Source: Psilocybe cubensis
Lineage: Eukaryota
DNA: 64,000 nucleotides
Direction of reading: 5' to 3'
Assembly (NCBI GenBank): GCA_017499595.2
Contig: CM039000.1
Location: forward strand, 3,472,001 to 3,536,000
Below the pieces are notes generated by a model, which ran no database searches, was not told where the DNA came from, and saw only the letters and a program-made list of their open reading frames with translations. Positions within the stretch are counted from its first letter, which is position 1. The number at the start of each line of letters is the position of its first letter. The position numbers and the translations under genes are program-made. Shown piece by piece: positions 62,503-64,000 of this stretch.

Positions 62503-64000
62503 ATGTTTTCTTTCCGACGCGCTATATGTACACGCCTTCTAATCAATCGATATCTTAGAACCACGAGAAATTTTGCGACGGAAATAGCGTCCGAACATGA
62601 ACGACAAAGAGTAACTGAACCTCGGAAGGGAGATAGAGGTACTCTCCGAAAATCAAGTACTTATACAGTTCTCTGAGATTTAAAATATCTTAGTTGTGGT
62701 CGGGATGTCAGGCGGAGTTGATTCCTCAGTGGCGGCCATGCTGTTAGCCCAAAAAGTACGCATCTAACCTCGATTTTGACGCTGGTTAGTAATCTCATGA
62801 ATGACAGGACTATAATCTATCGGCTGTTTATATGAGAAATTGGGATACACGAGATGAATCTGGGACGGACAAGGGATGCGAATGGGAGAAAGACTGGGAA
62901 GATGTACAACTTGTCTGCAAGAAGTTGGATTTACCTTGTGAACTAGTAAGACAAACCCCCACTTTCCCCAATTCTCTAATCTCTAAAAAATTCTTAGATT
63001 GACTTAACGCGTGATTACTGGAACCGTGTATTCGAGCCTTCGCTGAGGCAATGGGAATACGGTGTTAGTCCAAACCCGGATGTCTGGTGTAATAAGTCGG
63101 CTCTCATTAAATAACGTGTCGTCGGCATAATCTCATATTCGCGCACCAGAGAAATCAAGTTCGGCGCTCTTCTTGAAAAATTGCCGCAAAAAGACGCGTG
63201 GTTCGCAACAGGTAGGCTTAACAGTTTGTTTTGCCACCACAAACTGACGGATATGAGCAGGACATTATGCTCGTAAATCATGGACAGAAAACGGCTCAAG
63301 GCCTAAACTTCTCCGCGCAGCTGATTCGCACAAAGATCAGACTTATTTCCTGTCCTCCATCTCTGAAGCTGGTCTTTCACGTGCATTATTTCCCCTCGCC
63401 CACCTCACGAAACCCGAGATTAGAGAACTTGCCAGAAAGAACAATTTATCGACAGCTGAAAGGCCAGATAGCGTTGGTATTTGTTTTGTTGGCGAGAAAA
63501 GAAGATTCAATGATTTTCTTGGTGAGTTCTAAAACCGCTATACGGACTGTCGTCGGACCTGAATGGTTTGTTGTCATGTAGACGACTATATTCCACCAAA
63601 TCCTGGAAACATTGTTGACCGCTTAAACGGAAAAGTCATCGGCGAACATGGAGGTTTGTGGCATTTTACGATAGGCCAGAACGTGCGTGTTAGTGGGATG
63701 CCGCAGAAGATGTTCGTTGTTCAAAAAGACATAGAAAAGAACGAGATATTGGTTGTGCCTGGGAGGTCAGTTATAACACCCATGACTACACTTATTCCTA
63801 AAAAATTTCACAGCACCCATGAATCACTCTTTACACGCACAATCAACGTTTGCGACTTCGATTGGATATGGACGGATACTATTCCGGAAGGCATCGACTC
63901 CTCCGATGGCGTTCGCCTCTCTGTCATGCACCGCTATCGTATGCAGCCTGTCGAATGCTCAGTTCGAAGGTATTTTCGCACTTTATCATGCCCATTGTGC
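62503..64000 (+). CDS. SLM3: Mitochondrial tRNA-specific 2-thiouridylase (MnmA/TRMU/MTU1), 3' end beyond the window
   Basis: Arg-rich presequence-like MFSFRRAICTRLLINRYLRTTRNF. After splicing: PP-loop VVVGMSGGVDSSVAA, VYMRNWD, DYWNRVFEP, SPNPDVWCN-EIKFG, ATG-HYAR, KDQTYFL, DSVGICFVGE, and HGGLWHFTIGQ. Confidence 0.95.

Noticed and set aside
1..64000. CRISPR arrays, rRNA/snRNA genes, intact transposons or prokaryotic operons
   Set aside because: I saw no repeat-spacer periodicity, no conserved rRNA/U-snRNA signatures, and no transposase/RT/integrase motifs or long terminal repeats. The DNA is spliceosomal-intron-rich fungal sequence.

Overview
This is eukaryotic, intron-rich fungal DNA. The ~50-60 nt GT-AG introns and the gene families point to a basidiomycete, probably Agaricales (inference). 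The two ends of the window are gene-dense. The left block (1-18 kb) holds a QDE-1-type (DYDGD) cellular RNA-dependent RNA polymerase (5'-truncated), an intronless F-box-like protein, a Trf4/Cid14-type non-canonical poly(A) polymerase, a berberine-bridge-like FAD oxidoreductase, and two tandem uncharacterised coiled-coil paralogs sharing a ~230 aa C-terminal domain. The right block (50-64 kb) holds a choline-transporter-like (CTL/Pns1) membrane protein, a Baeyer-Villiger-type flavin monooxygenase, a small hypothetical protein, a second BBE-like oxidoreductase paralog in inverted orientation, and the 5' part of the mitochondrial tRNA 2-thiouridylase (MnmA/SLM3). Between them lies a ~32 kb gene-poor region (18.3-50.4 kb) in which I could recognise only one gene, a Pcl1/Pho80-family cyclin. 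That region is rich in paired ACGCGT (MCB-like) motifs, TGASTCA sites, G-quadruplex/CreA-like clusters and microsatellites. I found no convincing tRNA, rRNA, CRISPR array or intact transposon. All exon boundaries were read by eye, and no database search was run.
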